Part shown: one piece after another, positions 1 to 12,400 of the stretch
How positions within the stretch are numbered: position 1 is the stretch's first letter
Layout: the number at the start of each line of letters is the position of its first letter
DNA from: a virus
Direction: 5' to 3' (one strand)
IMG/VR virus record: IMGVR_UViG_3300037493_001906
Coordinates: 32,001 to 96,000 of that record
DNA length: 64,000 nucleotides
Position numbers and translations under genes: made by a program
The notes under the pieces: model-generated
What the model saw: only the letters and a program-made list of their open reading frames with translations
Database searches by the model: none
Told to the model about the DNA's origin: nothing

Positions 1-1562
1 CTCAAATGCTCTTTTAATGCCTCAACTATTTTAGCACGATCTTTTTTACCAGATGGAGAATTACTATTGAAATCCATCTTATAAGCTTTCTCATTTATAA
101 TAACAACTGGTTTATTATCTTTTTTAGAAATTTTAAGAGCAACACCATTTATATTTTCTGGAATAAACTGTTCAATATATTTTTTTCTATCCTTAACAGA
201 TAGGTCTTCTCCATTTACTTTAATAGGTTGAGTAAACAAATTAATAATAGTATCAAAAAGTTTATTATCCTTGATGGTAGGTTTTGATATAGCAACAGGT
301 TCCTCAGTATACGTAGGTTTAAAATAAAACTGATTTTCAGCTACTGTATTATATTGTTTTGCATTTTGTTTTGTAGCCTGAAATATATTACTTATAGTTT
401 CTTCATTAACTTTATCTAATGAAGTAAGACTATAATTATTTACAAGTATTCTATTTCCTGTAGCATTAACAATGTCAGCAACTACAAAAGGATTGTTTAC
501 AGATTTATTATTTACTATTTCAAATAACTTATGTAGAAAAGTATACTGAGCACTCATCTCATTTAAAACTTGTTTCTCTATCTGCTCCTTTTTTTTAGGA
601 GAATGAGAAGGAAGGGTTGAAAGTTTTTCATTAACAAGTTTAGCATGAAGTTTTATCATATCTCCATGCAATATTTTTAGATAACCTGGAGCACCTTTTA
701 TAGTAGATTTATTTGCCTCTTCTGTTGTTAATGCAATTTTACCATTGTACATTGGTGGCACATCCAAAGTTCTAAAGTATGCTATTTCACCATTTGGATC
801 TATATTACCACTCTCATTAAACTTTAAAAAATTACCATTAGCATCAGCAACAATCATATACATGTCACCTTTATAAGCATCAATACCATTATCTTTTCCA
901 AAGGTATCTATTGTACTTGCATGTTCTTTTAAATTTTGACCAGCAGCTAATACCAATGATATACCAGGTACTTTTAATCCAGGTAGTGTCATTTCTCTAC
1001 CTGATGTAATACCATTTAATTCAACTTGTTCTGCAAAAGTTCTAGTTATATTATCTAATGTAGCTTTATTGATTTGTGTTCTCTTGGGTTTTTCTTTTGC
1101 TTTTTGCTCCATCCTGCTTCTTAAAATAGGATAGGTCATATCAAATAAAGATATAGTTTCTTTAGAAGACGCTGGTGGTGGATTATCTTCTAATTCAATA
1201 GGCTCAATATCCTCTTCATCAGACTCTGTATCTAAATCAAGATCAGATATTAACTCCTTTACATTTTCATATCTTGTTTGAAGTGTTTGAAGATCACCAA
1301 TATTTAATCCTTTGTTTAGATATTGAACTATCAATTTTGGTGATGCAATAAAAATCTGAAACATTAACAATGGAACTAATTTTGTTGCATCTAAAGCAAG
1401 TTCAGAATCTATTTCACTTTCTATTTTAAAATAAAATTCTTTTATAAACTCATTTATATCAAAGCTTTCATTAGCAGCTTGTTTATTTGCAACACCTTCA
1501 AATAAAATAGCGGCTAGATATTTTCTTATAGCTATTTTATTTAGAGCAGAACATTTAATCAT
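1..1562 (-). CDS. Large virion cargo-module protein, N-terminal part (runs off the left edge; missing from the ORF track)
   Basis: ATG at 1562, 5 nt after the stop of the 1604-aa ORF. Reads MIKCSALNKIAIEKYLAAILFEG... and stays open as far as I translated it. In crAss-like phages the giant cargo/virion RNA polymerase genes lie here; I did not see an RNAP motif in this part. Confidence 0.7.
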   Translation of the reverse strand, partial: MIKCSALNKIAIRKYLAAILFEGVANKQAANESFDINEFIKEFYFKIESEIDSELALDATKLVPLLMFQIFIASPKLIVQYLNKGLNIGDLQTLQTRYENVKELISDLDLDTESDEEDIEPIELEDNPPPASSKETISLFDMTYPILRSRMEQKAKEKPKRTQINKATLDNITRTFAEQVELNGITSGREMTLPGLKVPGISLVLAAGQNLKEHASTIDTFGKDNGIDAYKGDMYMIVADANGNFLKFNESGNIDPNGEIAYFRTLDVPPMYNGKIALTTEEANKSTIKGAPGYLKILHGDMIKLHAKLVNEKLSTLPSHSPKKKEQIEKQVLNEMSAQYTFLHKLFEIVNNKSVNNPFVVADIVNATGNRILVNNYSLTSLDKVNEETISNIFQATKQNAKQYNTVAENQFYFKPTYTEEPVAISKPTIKDNKLFDTIINLFTQPIKVNGEDLSVKDRKKYIEQFIPENINGVALKISKKDNKPVVIINEKAYKMDFNSNSPSGKKDRAKIVEALKEHL

Positions 1563-1567
1563 TGTTA

Positions 1568-4500
1568 TTATATATTACAATTGTTTATATCATTAATCAT
1601 GTCATCAAAGAAATTTTGAGAAGTTTTACCTAACTTAGTTACATCAGTTTCTACTGAATCTACTAAATCTTTTATCTCTTCAGTATCATCTTCTTGAACA
1701 TCTTTATAACCCTCATCCATATCTTCAATATCATCTTGAGTAGGTTTAACAGCTGCTTTAGGACCAGAATTAAATCCATTAACAATGTGAGCAATTTGGT
1801 CTTTATAGTCATCAATATCAATCTCCATAGAATTTGCAAAGTTTTTTGAAGCCCACTCAAATTGAGTAACCAAAGATACAATATTATCTTCATTTGACAC
1901 AACATACATCTTCTTGCCATTCTTTAAAATTACTAATTTTCCTTTAGTTAAATCTTCCCATTTAACTGAATTGGCTAGCTCATTCATTTTAGCATTAACA
2001 AGAGTTGTTATTTTAATAGAAGCTGGGATTATGCCACTAGATTTTAAATCTAGAGCTTTATTATGCCACTCAGTTAAAGAATCTTCATCATTAATTTTTT
2101 CATACTCTTCCATTAGACTAGTATACTCATCTATAGTATTTTCTTCTTCTTCTTCTGTTTCTTCAGCATCAAACTTAAGTTGTTTTGATTTACTTAAGTT
2201 ATCAAGCATATCAAAAAACTTAGCTTTATATTTTTTATAAATCTCATCAATAAGTGTATCCTTTTGAGACTTCATATACTCTTTAACTGATGCAGGATCA
2301 ATAGAATAATTATCTACAATATCATTTAAGGACTCTTCAATATCTTTTATTTTTTCATCTAAAGTTAATTTATCAAGTGTTTTATACTTTTCAATAAAAT
2401 CTGCAATAGTATCAAGTGTATCAATTACTTTTTCATAATATTTTTTAGCTTGCTTAATCATTGCTTCAGGATTCTCTACTTCAGTATAAGGCTTAAGCAT
2501 ATAGCCTTTAGCATTTTCACCTAATAAATCAATAGTATATCTATCACCTGTTTCTTGATCTTCTAGAATAACTAGCTCTTCTTTTTTTCCAGTTTCTTCA
2601 TTAACAAATACTCCAGCTTTTGTAATGACTTCTACAGGTCTTTCATTTAAATTCATAGAACCAGCTTCAGTAGTTACAATACCACTAAAGTTATGTTTTT
2701 TACCAACAGTATAAGGTAAGTCTGATTTAAGTTTTGATTTAGGAGATATTACTTCAGGTTCTTCATCTCTATCATATTCTTGATTGTAATCATCAATAAT
2801 ATCTAAAGCAGTTCCTCCAGATTGTACATAGGATTTAAAGTCATCATCAGCAAGAATAGCCTCAGTATCTCCTTCTACAGCTTCATCTAACTCTTCTTTA
2901 AATTGTTTATATCCTTTTATTAATTTATCAATAAGATTACCTTCTAAAGATTGCATTATAGCAAATGAAGTTGTACTTCTAACAGGTTCATTAGGACCTA
3001 GTTCTTCTTCTTCTGGTTGTTCTGGTGGTTGCTGTGAGACAGGAGTTTTACCTGCTGGTTTCATCTCAGTAGGTTTACCTTCTTCTGTAGTTGAAGTTTC
3101 TGCAGTAGTAACTTTTTTACCAGCTAGTTCAGCGTACTCTGTTATTACTTTTACTGCTTCCTCATATTTAGGATTGTCCTTATTAACAATTTCTTTATTA
3201 GTTACATTATAAAAGTTTTCAGGAACATTAAAATCATTAATGCTTTCTATATCATCAGGTAAAACAAATAGTCCTAGATCATATATCTTATTAAGCATGT
3301 CATTTTTAAGACGTAGTTTATTAAAGTTTTTTAAAGCATTATCCAAGAAAAACAATCTTTGTGTTTTTATTTCACTAACAATATTAGACTGCAATTTCCT
3401 ATATTGTTCAAAGTAGTCTGGATTACTTAAAAAGTTAATTGCTTTTACGGTACTAAAAGAATCTACTTGTAAATGCAAAAAGTCTTTTATCTGCCTAAAA
3501 GCTTCATCTAGTTGGTCATCAAAAGCATAACCCTTTTTCATATCAGTAACATGGCCAAGGTATTCTTTATATGTATTGTATAGTTCACCTATGGCAAAAC
3601 TAACATCATCTCCATATACTTTATCAAATTCACCTTTTACAGTAGCAGCTTTAACTACTGAAATACTTTTTATACTTACATATTTAGTTTTACCAGAAGC
3701 AGTTTCTACAAGAACTTTATCTCCTTTTATATCTACAATTTTAAACTTCTCTGCAGTTTTATCATGAGTAGCAATGGCTCCTGGTCTTACTTTAAGTTGT
3801 TTAGCTTTTTCACTTCTTTCTTTTTTAGTCATGGGTTTTTTCTCAGCCTTAAGCTGAGTCATATAAAAGTCCCGTGTACTATCCCATTTTTTAAGTAATT
3901 CAACTTGTTTTTCTAAAGGTTTAACCTGCTTCTGTTGTTCAGGAGTACCTTTCTTCATAATACTGATTTGGTCACTCAATGTTTGAATAGTAGTAGTTCT
4001 AGCTATTCCATCAATAAGGAGACTTACATCATGTGCTGCTGCATTAGCAACAGGGGTACCATTTTGATTTACATTAACTAAGTTTTGAAACACTTCACTT
4101 TGGCCAGCAAGATTTCTAGAGATAGACTCCATCCTTTCAGATATTCTAGTAAAATCTTCCATAGAAAAAAGAAGATCAGCTACAGTATTTTCATGAGCTT
4201 CATAGTCATGATACTCTCTGTCAAATCCTTCAGGATTTTTCTTTTGAGAATATAGCCAAGGATTAAATGGATTAGGAAATTTATCTTCTACTTTCTTATA
4301 CCTTAGATCATATCTCTCTATTCTTTCTTTTAGTGTATTTAAATTTTTTCTATTACTACCTGATTCTTTAACTGTAGTATTAGTTGCATCTGCAAGATCT
4401 TGATCACTTAGTTTAAGCATGTCATCTGCCCAATCTGTAACTAATTTTTTATTACCAGTTTTAATAATATGATGAAAATACTGAGCATTACCTTGATCAG

Positions 4501-6382
4501 CCATATCAAAAGCTGTCTTTGTATCTCCTCTATCTATAGCTTTATTTCTTTCTTCAAAAGCAAGTTTAACTGCAGTGGCCATAGTATTATTATGATCACC
4601 ATATATTTGAAAATTATTCAATACATGATTAGCAGCATTTAATGTACTATTTGATTCTTGTTCTTGTCTTTCTTTTTCTAAAGCTACCTTATCTGTTTTT
4701 GTATAAGCTGTAACTGCTTTTTGTTTTACAGTTTGATATGCAGCAGTACCTCCCTGGATAATACTACCCATTAAGTAACCTGATAAAAAAGTATTTAAAC
4801 CTTCTGCGTTAAATTGATTATCTACTCCTTTGCCTAATGCATCTATTACTTTATAATATCCAACCTGTGATGGGTCTTCATATATTTTTCTATAATAATC
4901 TTTATACCCATAAGATATGGCTTCCTGCATACTTTCTTGTAAACCTTCTGCTAAGTTACCTAGTATATAGCGTTTACTCCAAGGTAGATAAGCTGATTTA
5001 GTTAAAACATCAAATGCTTTTTTTCTAGTGCTTTTAACACCAGTTTCATATGCAGCTTGTCCAATTTTCCATTCCTTTGCTGCTGTCTTCTTTAAAAATC
5101 TATTGCCAGCATGTTCTATTGATTTTGCAACTTGAGCACCTGGTTTCCATCCTTTAAATAAATTTTCAAATACTAATTTATTAGTAAAATAAATAGCACC
5201 AACATTTGCTAGTTTAACATTTGCTTTAGTATTTTGTGCAGCTTGATAAATTTCTTCAGCTACTTTTTGATCAGGCATACTACCATGATCATTAAAATAT
5301 TTATCAGTTAATTCATCTTGTAAATCTGTTGAAGCACTTTCTCCTTCAAATCTTGATTCACTATAAGCAAGGTTAAGTTCACGGGCATCTCTATAAAAGT
5401 TACCAAAAGTTTTAGTAGCTTTTGCAAGTTCCCCCATATTCTTTACACCTCTACCTCCCTGATATAAATCCTTTGCCCATTGTGTAGTATGTGATAACGG
5501 ATTTAAAAACTCAAGTGTTCCTACTGCAGCTGTCTTTGCCATATTTCCTGCATTAGAAAGTGTCCAGAAATCTTTAGCCTTATCTACTGCTGATAATTCT
5601 CTAATTAATTGACTTGATCTATCTATACCTTTTGCAAGTTTACCAAAGATCATACTATTTCTTGCAATCTGTCCAGGAACAAGAGCACTAGCTCCTCCCA
5701 TAGTAAATGCTTCTGCAGCAGTAAGTGCAAAATCTTCAAGTATAACTTCAGATATAATACCAAAAGTATATGTAGATTGTAATACTTGATTATTTATCCA
5801 AGATCCAATTCCTGGTCTAGAAGACATACCAATGTCCATTCCTCTTTGCATTGCTTCATTGGCATCTTTTTCATCTCCATAAACAGATTTAAAAGCTGAA
5901 TAAACAAGAGCAGGAATTTGAGTAGTCATTCTACTAAAGTCATCCCACCAGGAACCTTTTTCATTATACCAAGTCTCATTATCTCTGTATGGAGAAAAGC
6001 CTATCTTACCAAATAAGTTATGACCATAGTATCTTTCAAAATTACCTGACTTAGTATCATTACCAAATGAATAAGACTTTGCATACTTTAAAGGATCTTC
6101 TGCATAACTAGCACCTTGCATAAAGTTTTTTACACCTTTAACAAAGTCTTCTGTATTATCAGTTTTATTCTTAGCACCAGGCATAGGACCTGTATGATAA
6201 TTACCAACTACTTGTTCAACTGCTAAACTGACTGGAGGTACAGGATCTGGTAATACAGGTAGTATAGGTGAGTTAACTTTAAGAGCAGCTAATGGATCAT
6301 ATGCAGCTTCTGTCTCAATAGGAGACATATTGAGACTAAGATCTGGTTGATCTTGGTTTGGTAAATACATTTCTTCTCCCAT
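1568..6382 (-). CDS. Large internal virion (cargo/ejection) protein, 1604 aa
   Basis: Long ORF downstream of the muzzle gene. Has hydrophobic Gly/Ala segments, a short SH3/KOW-like beta segment (KFKIVDIKGDKVLVET...) and an acidic C-terminus. Confidence 0.7.
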   Translation of the reverse strand: MGEEMYLPNQDQPDLSLNMSPIETEAAYDPLAALKVNSPILPVLPDPVPPVSLAVEQVVGNYHTGPMPGAKNKTDNTEDFVKGVKNFMQGASYAEDPLKYAKSYSFGNDTKSGNFERYYGHNLFGKIGFSPYRDNETWYNEKGSWWDDFSRMTTQIPALVYSAFKSVYGDEKDANEAMQRGMDIGMSSRPGIGSWINNQVLQSTYTFGIISEVILEDFALTAAEAFTMGGASALVPGQIARNSMIFGKLAKGIDRSSQLIRELSAVDKAKDFWTLSNAGNMAKTAAVGTLEFLNPLSHTTQWAKDLYQGGRGVKNMGELAKATKTFGNFYRDARELNLAYSESRFEGESASTDLQDELTDKYFNDHGSMPDQKVAEEIYQAAQNTKANVKLANVGAIYFTNKLVFENLFKGWKPGAQVAKSIEHAGNRFLKKTAAKEWKIGQAAYETGVKSTRKKAFDVLTKSAYLPWSKRYILGNLAEGLQESMQEAISYGYKDYYRKIYEDPSQVGYYKVIDALGKGVDNQFNAEGLNTFLSGYLMGSIIQGGTAAYQTVKQKAVTAYTKTDKVALEKERQEQESNSTLNAANHVLNNFQIYGDHNNTMATAVKLAFEERNKAIDRGDTKTAFDMADQGNAQYFHHIIKTGNKKLVTDWADDMLKLSDQDLADATNTTVKESGSNRKNLNTLKERIERYDLRYKKVEDKFPNPFNPWLYSQKKNPEGFDREYHDYEAHENTVADLLFSMEDFTRISERMESISRNLAGQSEVFQNLVNVNQNGTPVANAAAHDVSLLIDGIARTTTIQTLSDQISIMKKGTPEQQKQVKPLEKQVELLKKWDSTRDFYMTQLKAEKKPMTKKERSEKAKQLKVRPGAIATHDKTAEKFKIVDIKGDKVLVETASGKTKYVSIKSISVVKAATVKGEFDKVYGDDVSFAIGELYNTYKEYLGHVTDMKKGYAFDDQLDEAFRQIKDFLHLQVDSFSTVKAINFLSNPDYFEQYRKLQSNIVSEIKTQRLFFLDNALKNFNKLRLKNDMLNKIYDLGLFVLPDDIESINDFNVPENFYNVTNKEIVNKDNPKYEEAVKVITEYAELAGKKVTTAETSTTEEGKPTEMKPAGKTPVSQQPPEQPEEEELGPNEPVRSTTSFAIMQSLEGNLIDKLIKGYKQFKEELDEAVEGDTEAILADDDFKSYVQSGGTALDIIDDYNQEYDRDEEPEVISPKSKLKSDLPYTVGKKHNFSGIVTTEAGSMNLNERPVEVITKAGVFVNEETGKKEELVILEDQETGDRYTIDLLGENAKGYMLKPYTEVENPEAMIKQAKKYYEKVIDTLDTIADFIEKYKTLDKLTLDEKIKDIEESLNDIVDNYSIDPASVKEYMKSQKDTLIDEIYKKYKAKFFDMLDNLSKSKQLKFDAEETEEEEENTIDEYTSLMEEYEKINDEDSLTEWHNKALDLKSSGIIPASIKITTLVNAKMNELANSVKWEDLTKGKLVILKNGKKMYVVSNEDNIVSLVTQFEWASKNFANSMEIDIDDYKDQIAHIVNGFNSGPKAAVKPTQDDIEDMDEGYKDVQEDDTEEIKDLVDSVETDVTKLGKTSQNFFDDMINDINNCNI

Positions 6383-6384
6383 AG

Positions 6385-9351
6385 TTATTGTCCTATTCCA
6401 AATGCTTTCATATTACTTTCAAACTTAGCTAATAAAGCTTCTGTTGGATCTTGTTCTGCTTCACTACCAAACACCTGTTGATATTTTAATACATCATTAG
6501 GATTCATTATATATGTTTTATTTTTAATTGCAGCAGCATTTCTTTTTGCAATTTCATTAAGATAATATTCCCAACCTTGATATAAGCTTTCACCACTTTT
6601 AGAAGCTGGATATGGAAAATTATAGATTGGATCATCTTCTACTAGTTTACCATCTACTACTTTATTTAAAACACCTGATGCATGAATAACACCATCTTCA
6701 TCCATTTTACTTAAAGTGATTCTTCCTCCTTTAGGAACTTCTACTGTTAAATCTTTATGTGCTAATAAAACATCTATAGGTCTGTGTGCTGTTGCTTTAG
6801 CAAATGTGTGATTTTTATTTTTAATATAGAAGCTGACACCATCTACAATTTGTGGAACATCTGCCCAAGTTTTAGTAGTACCCTGTCCTTTATTATCTTT
6901 TATAAAATCTTGATTAAACTTAACTGTTACACGTTGATACTCAGGATTACTAAGACCTATAGATTGATAAGATACTCTTCCCATTTTTTGTTCAAGTTCT
7001 TCATCTGTTGATGCTGTATTAATAGCATTTGTAAAAGCATTAATAGCTTGTTGAGCTAATGCACTATTATCTTTACTTAAGTCTCCTTCTTCACCAGCAA
7101 TACCAAAACCATATTTTGTAAATGGATCTTGATCAGAAGCATTTTTTGCAGAAATAAATCCTCTCATACCATCTCCAGCAACTTGCCCTGGTATAATATC
7201 ATATGTAATTTGCTTCATTGAATTTACATAACCTGCTTTTTTAGATAACCCAGGAAGGTTATATACAGATTCTGTATTCTTTGAATTGTTATAAGTTTGT
7301 CTATATAGTTTTGCTACATCATAATATACAGCCTCCGCATCTGAATTAGAAATGTCAGTACCTAAAGCTCCTTTTACTTCACCTTTATATCTATCTACAA
7401 ATTCTGATTTAGTAAGATTTGATCCATCATTTCTAAAATAAATAGACCAACCTAAATTAACTCTTGCATTAGATATACCACTTTCAAGAGCTTCTCTTTT
7501 AACTATCTTATTATTCTTTCTCCATTCTGCATTGCCTAATTCATAAAGATCATTATGAACAGCATATTCACCTAATATTTTTTGACCCTCACCTTTAACA
7601 AATTCTCCATGAGAAGGAATATTAGAATTAAGTTTAGCTTCATTTTGAGCATTAGCAAAAAACTTGGTAGTATTTGCTTCACCTTTCTCAGCATTATTTA
7701 ATAATAAAATATAGTCATCAATCTTGCGTCCCTTTTCATCAACAAAATCACCTCTTCCAATATCATAATTTTCCTTATAGATATTTTTAAGAGTTTGTTT
7801 TGCAAATGATACTTCTGCAGGATCTTTTGAGTTAGATACTATACCTATTAATTGTTGAGTATAACCTTTAATATATTCTGATTTTAATGGAGCAACTCCT
7901 GTACCCGCCTTAACAAAAGTATTTATTTCATCAAGTTTATTTACAGCACCAGAAGTTCCAATATTCTGATCTTCTATTGTTGCAGTATTGCCTCCTGAAA
8001 AAGCAGATCCTCTTGCTTTATTTTGGACCTCCATCTGTTTAATAGTAAAATCAAATATTTGTTTTTCTCTTTCATTTCTTCTAGCTAAATCAGCTGTAAG
8101 TTGAGTATTATCTAAAGTATTTCTTCTTGATAAATCAGCATCAAATTTAGCTTTAACATAAGGATCCGCTTCTATTTTAGTAACACCACCTGTTAATAAT
8201 GCTGCTCTAATTGCTGAATCTCCAATTTCTTTAACCATTAAAGAATTAGCAGTAATAGCATCTACTCTTTGACGTTTAGCATCTCTGTTATCTCCTACAA
8301 AGAATATACTATTAGCTATACCTTCTGATTTCTCAGCATGTCTTTTAGCTGCAGTAGAAAGAGCAACATCTAAACTAGCAGCAACATAATCATTTGATAA
8401 GCCATCATCTCCAGTTGTACCTTTATTCTTAATTGTCTTAGCAAGAATGTTTTGTCTATTCTTTTTATTGATCTCATCTTCTCTTGCCTTTTCTGCTTTT
8501 ATTCTTGATTCAGTTATAAAAGAATCTACAGTAGAGAAATATTCATCTTCAGCTTTGATCTCATCACCACCAAGTTCTTGTGCTCTTGTCTTTATCCAAG
8601 TTTTACGTTTTACATAAGACTGAGTTTCATACATGTCTTGAATCATTGGATCACTTGCAAATACATTAAGAAGTAAATCTTTATAAGATACTGCTATTAA
8701 AGAACCATTCTTCATAGTCATTTGATACATGCCATTACTACTCATTATAACACCAGAAAGACCAAACCCATTATCTCCACCTTTAGATAAAAGACCATTA
8801 AGATATGATACAGCTTTTTGAGGTACATTAATATAAGGTACATACTCACCTGGAGACATTTTCATTGCCTCTTCTTTACCAGCCTTCATGTATTCTTCAG
8901 CTCTAAGTTTAAGAGCATTTACTCCTGTATCCCAATATTGACCATCACATTTAGTAGGATCTCCACAATTAAGTTTAAAGGATTCAGCATTTTCTAATTG
9001 TTGATTATATTTTTTAGTATAAACAATGTCTTGTACAAGATCTTTATTTTGACTAAAAGAATCAAATACTGAATTAGCTGATTCAACATTTTGTTGCAAA
9101 GACAAATCAAGTCCTGATATTTTTTTAATATCCTGATCAATTAACTTAAAGTACTCATTTCTTTTTTGAATATTATCCTGACGCATCATAGGAGAATTAA
9201 GCAAAGTACCATAAGTTTGACTTAATGCCTTATAATTTGTATCATACTGACCTTGTTTTTTTTGTAATACATTATTAAGAAAATTGTAATCAGGTTGAAA
9301 AGGCTGAAACTCAGGAATATAATCTGTAACTTGTGGAATATAAGATGCCAT
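6385..9351 (-). CDS. Internal virion cargo protein, 988 aa
   Basis: N-terminus (PEFQPFQPDYNFLNNVLQKKQ) and position resemble crAss-like cargo proteins. Confidence 0.65.
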   Translation of the reverse strand: MASYIPQVTDYIPEFQPFQPDYNFLNNVLQKKQGQYDTNYKALSQTYGTLLNSPMMRQDNIQKRNEYFKLIDQDIKKISGLDLSLQQNVESANSVFDSFSQNKDLVQDIVYTKKYNQQLENAESFKLNCGDPTKCDGQYWDTGVNALKLRAEEYMKAGKEEAMKMSPGEYVPYINVPQKAVSYLNGLLSKGGDNGFGLSGVIMSSNGMYQMTMKNGSLIAVSYKDLLLNVFASDPMIQDMYETQSYVKRKTWIKTRAQELGGDEIKAEDEYFSTVDSFITESRIKAEKAREDEINKKNRQNILAKTIKNKGTTGDDGLSNDYVAASLDVALSTAAKRHAEKSEGIANSIFFVGDNRDAKRQRVDAITANSLMVKEIGDSAIRAALLTGGVTKIEADPYVKAKFDADLSRRNTLDNTQLTADLARRNEREKQIFDFTIKQMEVQNKARGSAFSGGNTATIEDQNIGTSGAVNKLDEINTFVKAGTGVAPLKSEYIKGYTQQLIGIVSNSKDPAEVSFAKQTLKNIYKENYDIGRGDFVDEKGRKIDDYILLLNNAEKGEANTTKFFANAQNEAKLNSNIPSHGEFVKGEGQKILGEYAVHNDLYELGNAEWRKNNKIVKREALESGISNARVNLGWSIYFRNDGSNLTKSEFVDRYKGEVKGALGTDISNSDAEAVYYDVAKLYRQTYNNSKNTESVYNLPGLSKKAGYVNSMKQITYDIIPGQVAGDGMRGFISAKNASDQDPFTKYGFGIAGEEGDLSKDNSALAQQAINAFTNAINTASTDEELEQKMGRVSYQSIGLSNPEYQRVTVKFNQDFIKDNKGQGTTKTWADVPQIVDGVSFYIKNKNHTFAKATAHRPIDVLLAHKDLTVEVPKGGRITLSKMDEDGVIHASGVLNKVVDGKLVEDDPIYNFPYPASKSGESLYQGWEYYLNEIAKRNAAAIKNKTYIMNPNDVLKYQQVFGSEAEQDPTEALLAKFESNMKAFGIGQ

Positions 9352-9405
9352 TTTTTTTATTGTAAATTTATAACAAATATTTAAAGTTTAATAAACATAT
9401 AAAGT

Positions 9406-12400
9406 TTATCCTTGCTCGTCATCAAATGTAGCTCCAGCAGTAGGATAACCTTGAACAGTTGATTTATCTTGTTTATATTGAGCATATGCATCATTTGGAA
9501 CTTTACCTGCATCAATCATCATTAAGAGTTTAACTGCATTATTAAGATCAGCAGCACTAGCTGTTGCTAATTGAGGATTACCTTGAATAGCTTCTCTAAC
9601 ATAATCTTGATAAGTTTTTCTAACTGAGTCAGATGGTTTAAAACTTCTTGGATCATGGAACACTAATGAACCACCTCTTGAAGGATCAACAGCAAATTGT
9701 GGATATAATGAATTAAGTGATGCTGTATTTGCTCTATTAGTTATAGCTTGAACATAATTATTAACTAAAGTATTTTTAGCTTGTCTTTTAGAGTTATCAA
9801 ATAATTGATTTGCTATTGTATTCTTATCATATAATCCTGTTTGTTCCTGAGCTCTGATTGCAGCAGCTTGATTCATTAAAGCTGCATTTTCTCTAGAAAA
9901 TGTATTTGCTAAATTAACATTAAGATTATTTACTCTACCTAATGTATTAGCTGCTTGTTCAGCTGCTTTTCCTTGCATTTCTCCATATCTAGAATTAAAT
10001 GCTTGAGGTCCAGTAAAAGATGATAATGCTTGAGCACCTATATTTAATTGTTCTGCATTCTCAGCTAGTTCTCTTTCAGGAGAAAAATATGTTGGTGTAG
10101 GAGTATACACAGGGGTAGTAGCTTGCCAAGGACTATATTTATTAATAGTAGCATAATCAGATGCAGCATTAGCTGTTTTTATAATATCTTGTAACCACCA
10201 AGCTGGATTAGGATTGGCTCTTTGTAATTGATTAAGATGAGAAACTTTAGTTGTATCTGGTTCACCTGTTGTAGTTGTAGTAGCAGGACCAGCTGTAGTA
10301 GTTGGTTGTTGTTCTTTTTGCTGAGCTTTTTCAATTTTTAATTTTTTGAGATCAGCTAAATATTGTTTTGTTCTACGTCCAAATAAACCTTCTGCGTTTT
10401 CTTCTAAATCATATTTTTTTAAACCTTTATTAACTCCATATGTAGTTTTTTGTGGGTCAGCTGAAATAATTTTTCTAGCTCTATTAGGAAGATACTCATG
10501 ATATTTTCTTTGAAAAAGTTGTGTCTTAGGACTATACTTATTTGAATCACCTGCTGATTCTTTTTCAGCTTCTTCATATAATTTTACAAGTTCATTGTAC
10601 TTTTCTTCAGGTAATACATTTTCTGTTTCTTCAAAATCACCTATTGAATCATCTTCATATACTGGTCTAATCTTATCTTCTGATGGACTATACTGATATT
10701 TTTTAATTTTCTTGGTACCTCCAACTTGAAAATAATCATCTATGGCACCACCATATTTTTTAATTACTTGTACGTCATCTGAACCAGATCTATCAGTAGT
10801 AATAGGAACAGCCTTTTGTTGAACTACAGGTTCATTATTTTGTGTAGTTGCCTCTGCTGTTCTTGCAGCTTCCTGACCTTGATTAGTAGCTTCTAAAGCT
10901 TGTCTAAGTGATTGTCTTTCTGCTTCAGCTTTTGCATCTGCAGCTCTTTTTATCCTTATAGCTTCTTCCTGTTCTGAAATAGTTTGTAGATTTTTATTAG
11001 CTTGTTCCCTAAGTGCATTATTTTCTTGACTATTTTGACTACCTCTTGTTTGACCAGTAAGATTAGCTGCTACATTTATGCCACCAATAGTTTTACCTAA
11101 TCCAGTACCTAATAAGTAAGATTCATTTAATACATCTTTAAGTTCTGATGCTGGTTTTACTGCTTGTCTCGCAGCACTTGAAGCTTTCATTCTAGTTACA
11201 ATAGGTGTTGCAGAAACTTTAACTGCTTGTTTTTCTGCTGTATTGATTGCAGCTTTAGCAGCTGCAACATTTGATCTTGTAGCTGGTGCACCTGTTTTAT
11301 AAAGAACTTGACCTACTTTACTTTTTTCAGTCATATTAGTTATATCTTTTGCTTCCTTAGAAAGTTTACCAGCAAGTTTAGATTTTTTAATAATAGCAGC
11401 ATGTTCCAATGCAAGCTCAGCAGCTGATTTACCAATATTAGTTGCAACATGTTTACCCGTTGTTCTAGCAGATATTTCAGCTGCTTTTTTTGCAACAGCT
11501 TTATATCCCATTGAACCAAGTTTAGCAATTGCTTCAGGACCAAGTAATGCAAGATTCACTGGGTCTAAAAGTAAATCAGTTAAAAAAGCACCTGTTCCAG
11601 ATTGTATACCCATAGCTTCACTTGGTGTTCTCCAGTTTTGATAATTACTTAAAAAGTCACCAGGATGCATAAGTTGACTTGGATTTGCAACAGCTTCTGT
11701 TATCATTCTTTGAGGTGCACTTAATGCTTTACCTGTTTGTTCTAATGCACTTCCAATCCAATCACCAAGTTGTGCTTTAGGTAATCCTCCATAAGCCATT
11801 TCATATTGGTCAAACATGCCTCCATGTTTACGTACTTGTAATTGCTGTAGGACACCGCCATAAGCAGCAGTCATATTATCACCTTCACTTGTTTCATCAT
11901 CTCCTTCACCAGGATTTATTTGAACAAATTCAGATGGATCAATTTGCATTGATTCTAAATATGGTGTTGCTATAGAAGGGATGCCTTGAGGAAAACCTTT
12001 TTTAGATTCTTGAATAAGACCTAACTTAGCAAGTTTAAGATTGTAGTTAGCAATCATTTGCTCAGCAGTACTTCTTTGAAGATCATCAGTATCTGGATCT
12101 GCAAGTACTTTTTTATATTTATTTATATTATATTTCTTAGCAATATCTGCAGGAGTATATCCACCTTTTTTTTCAGACATACCAAATTGAGCTAAGATAG
12201 CTGGATCTTTAATCCTCATCTTAGCTGTATCACTAAATATAAAAGAGTCATCAGGAAGATTTAAAGGTGTGCCTCCTTCATAATGTCTTTTGCCTCCAAT
12301 TTTAAAAGTATCAGGAATACCACCTGCTCCAGGAGTCATTGCTACTTCACCTCTTTCAGCTTCAAGATTTGCTTCATTTCTTGGTACTGGACCAATAGTT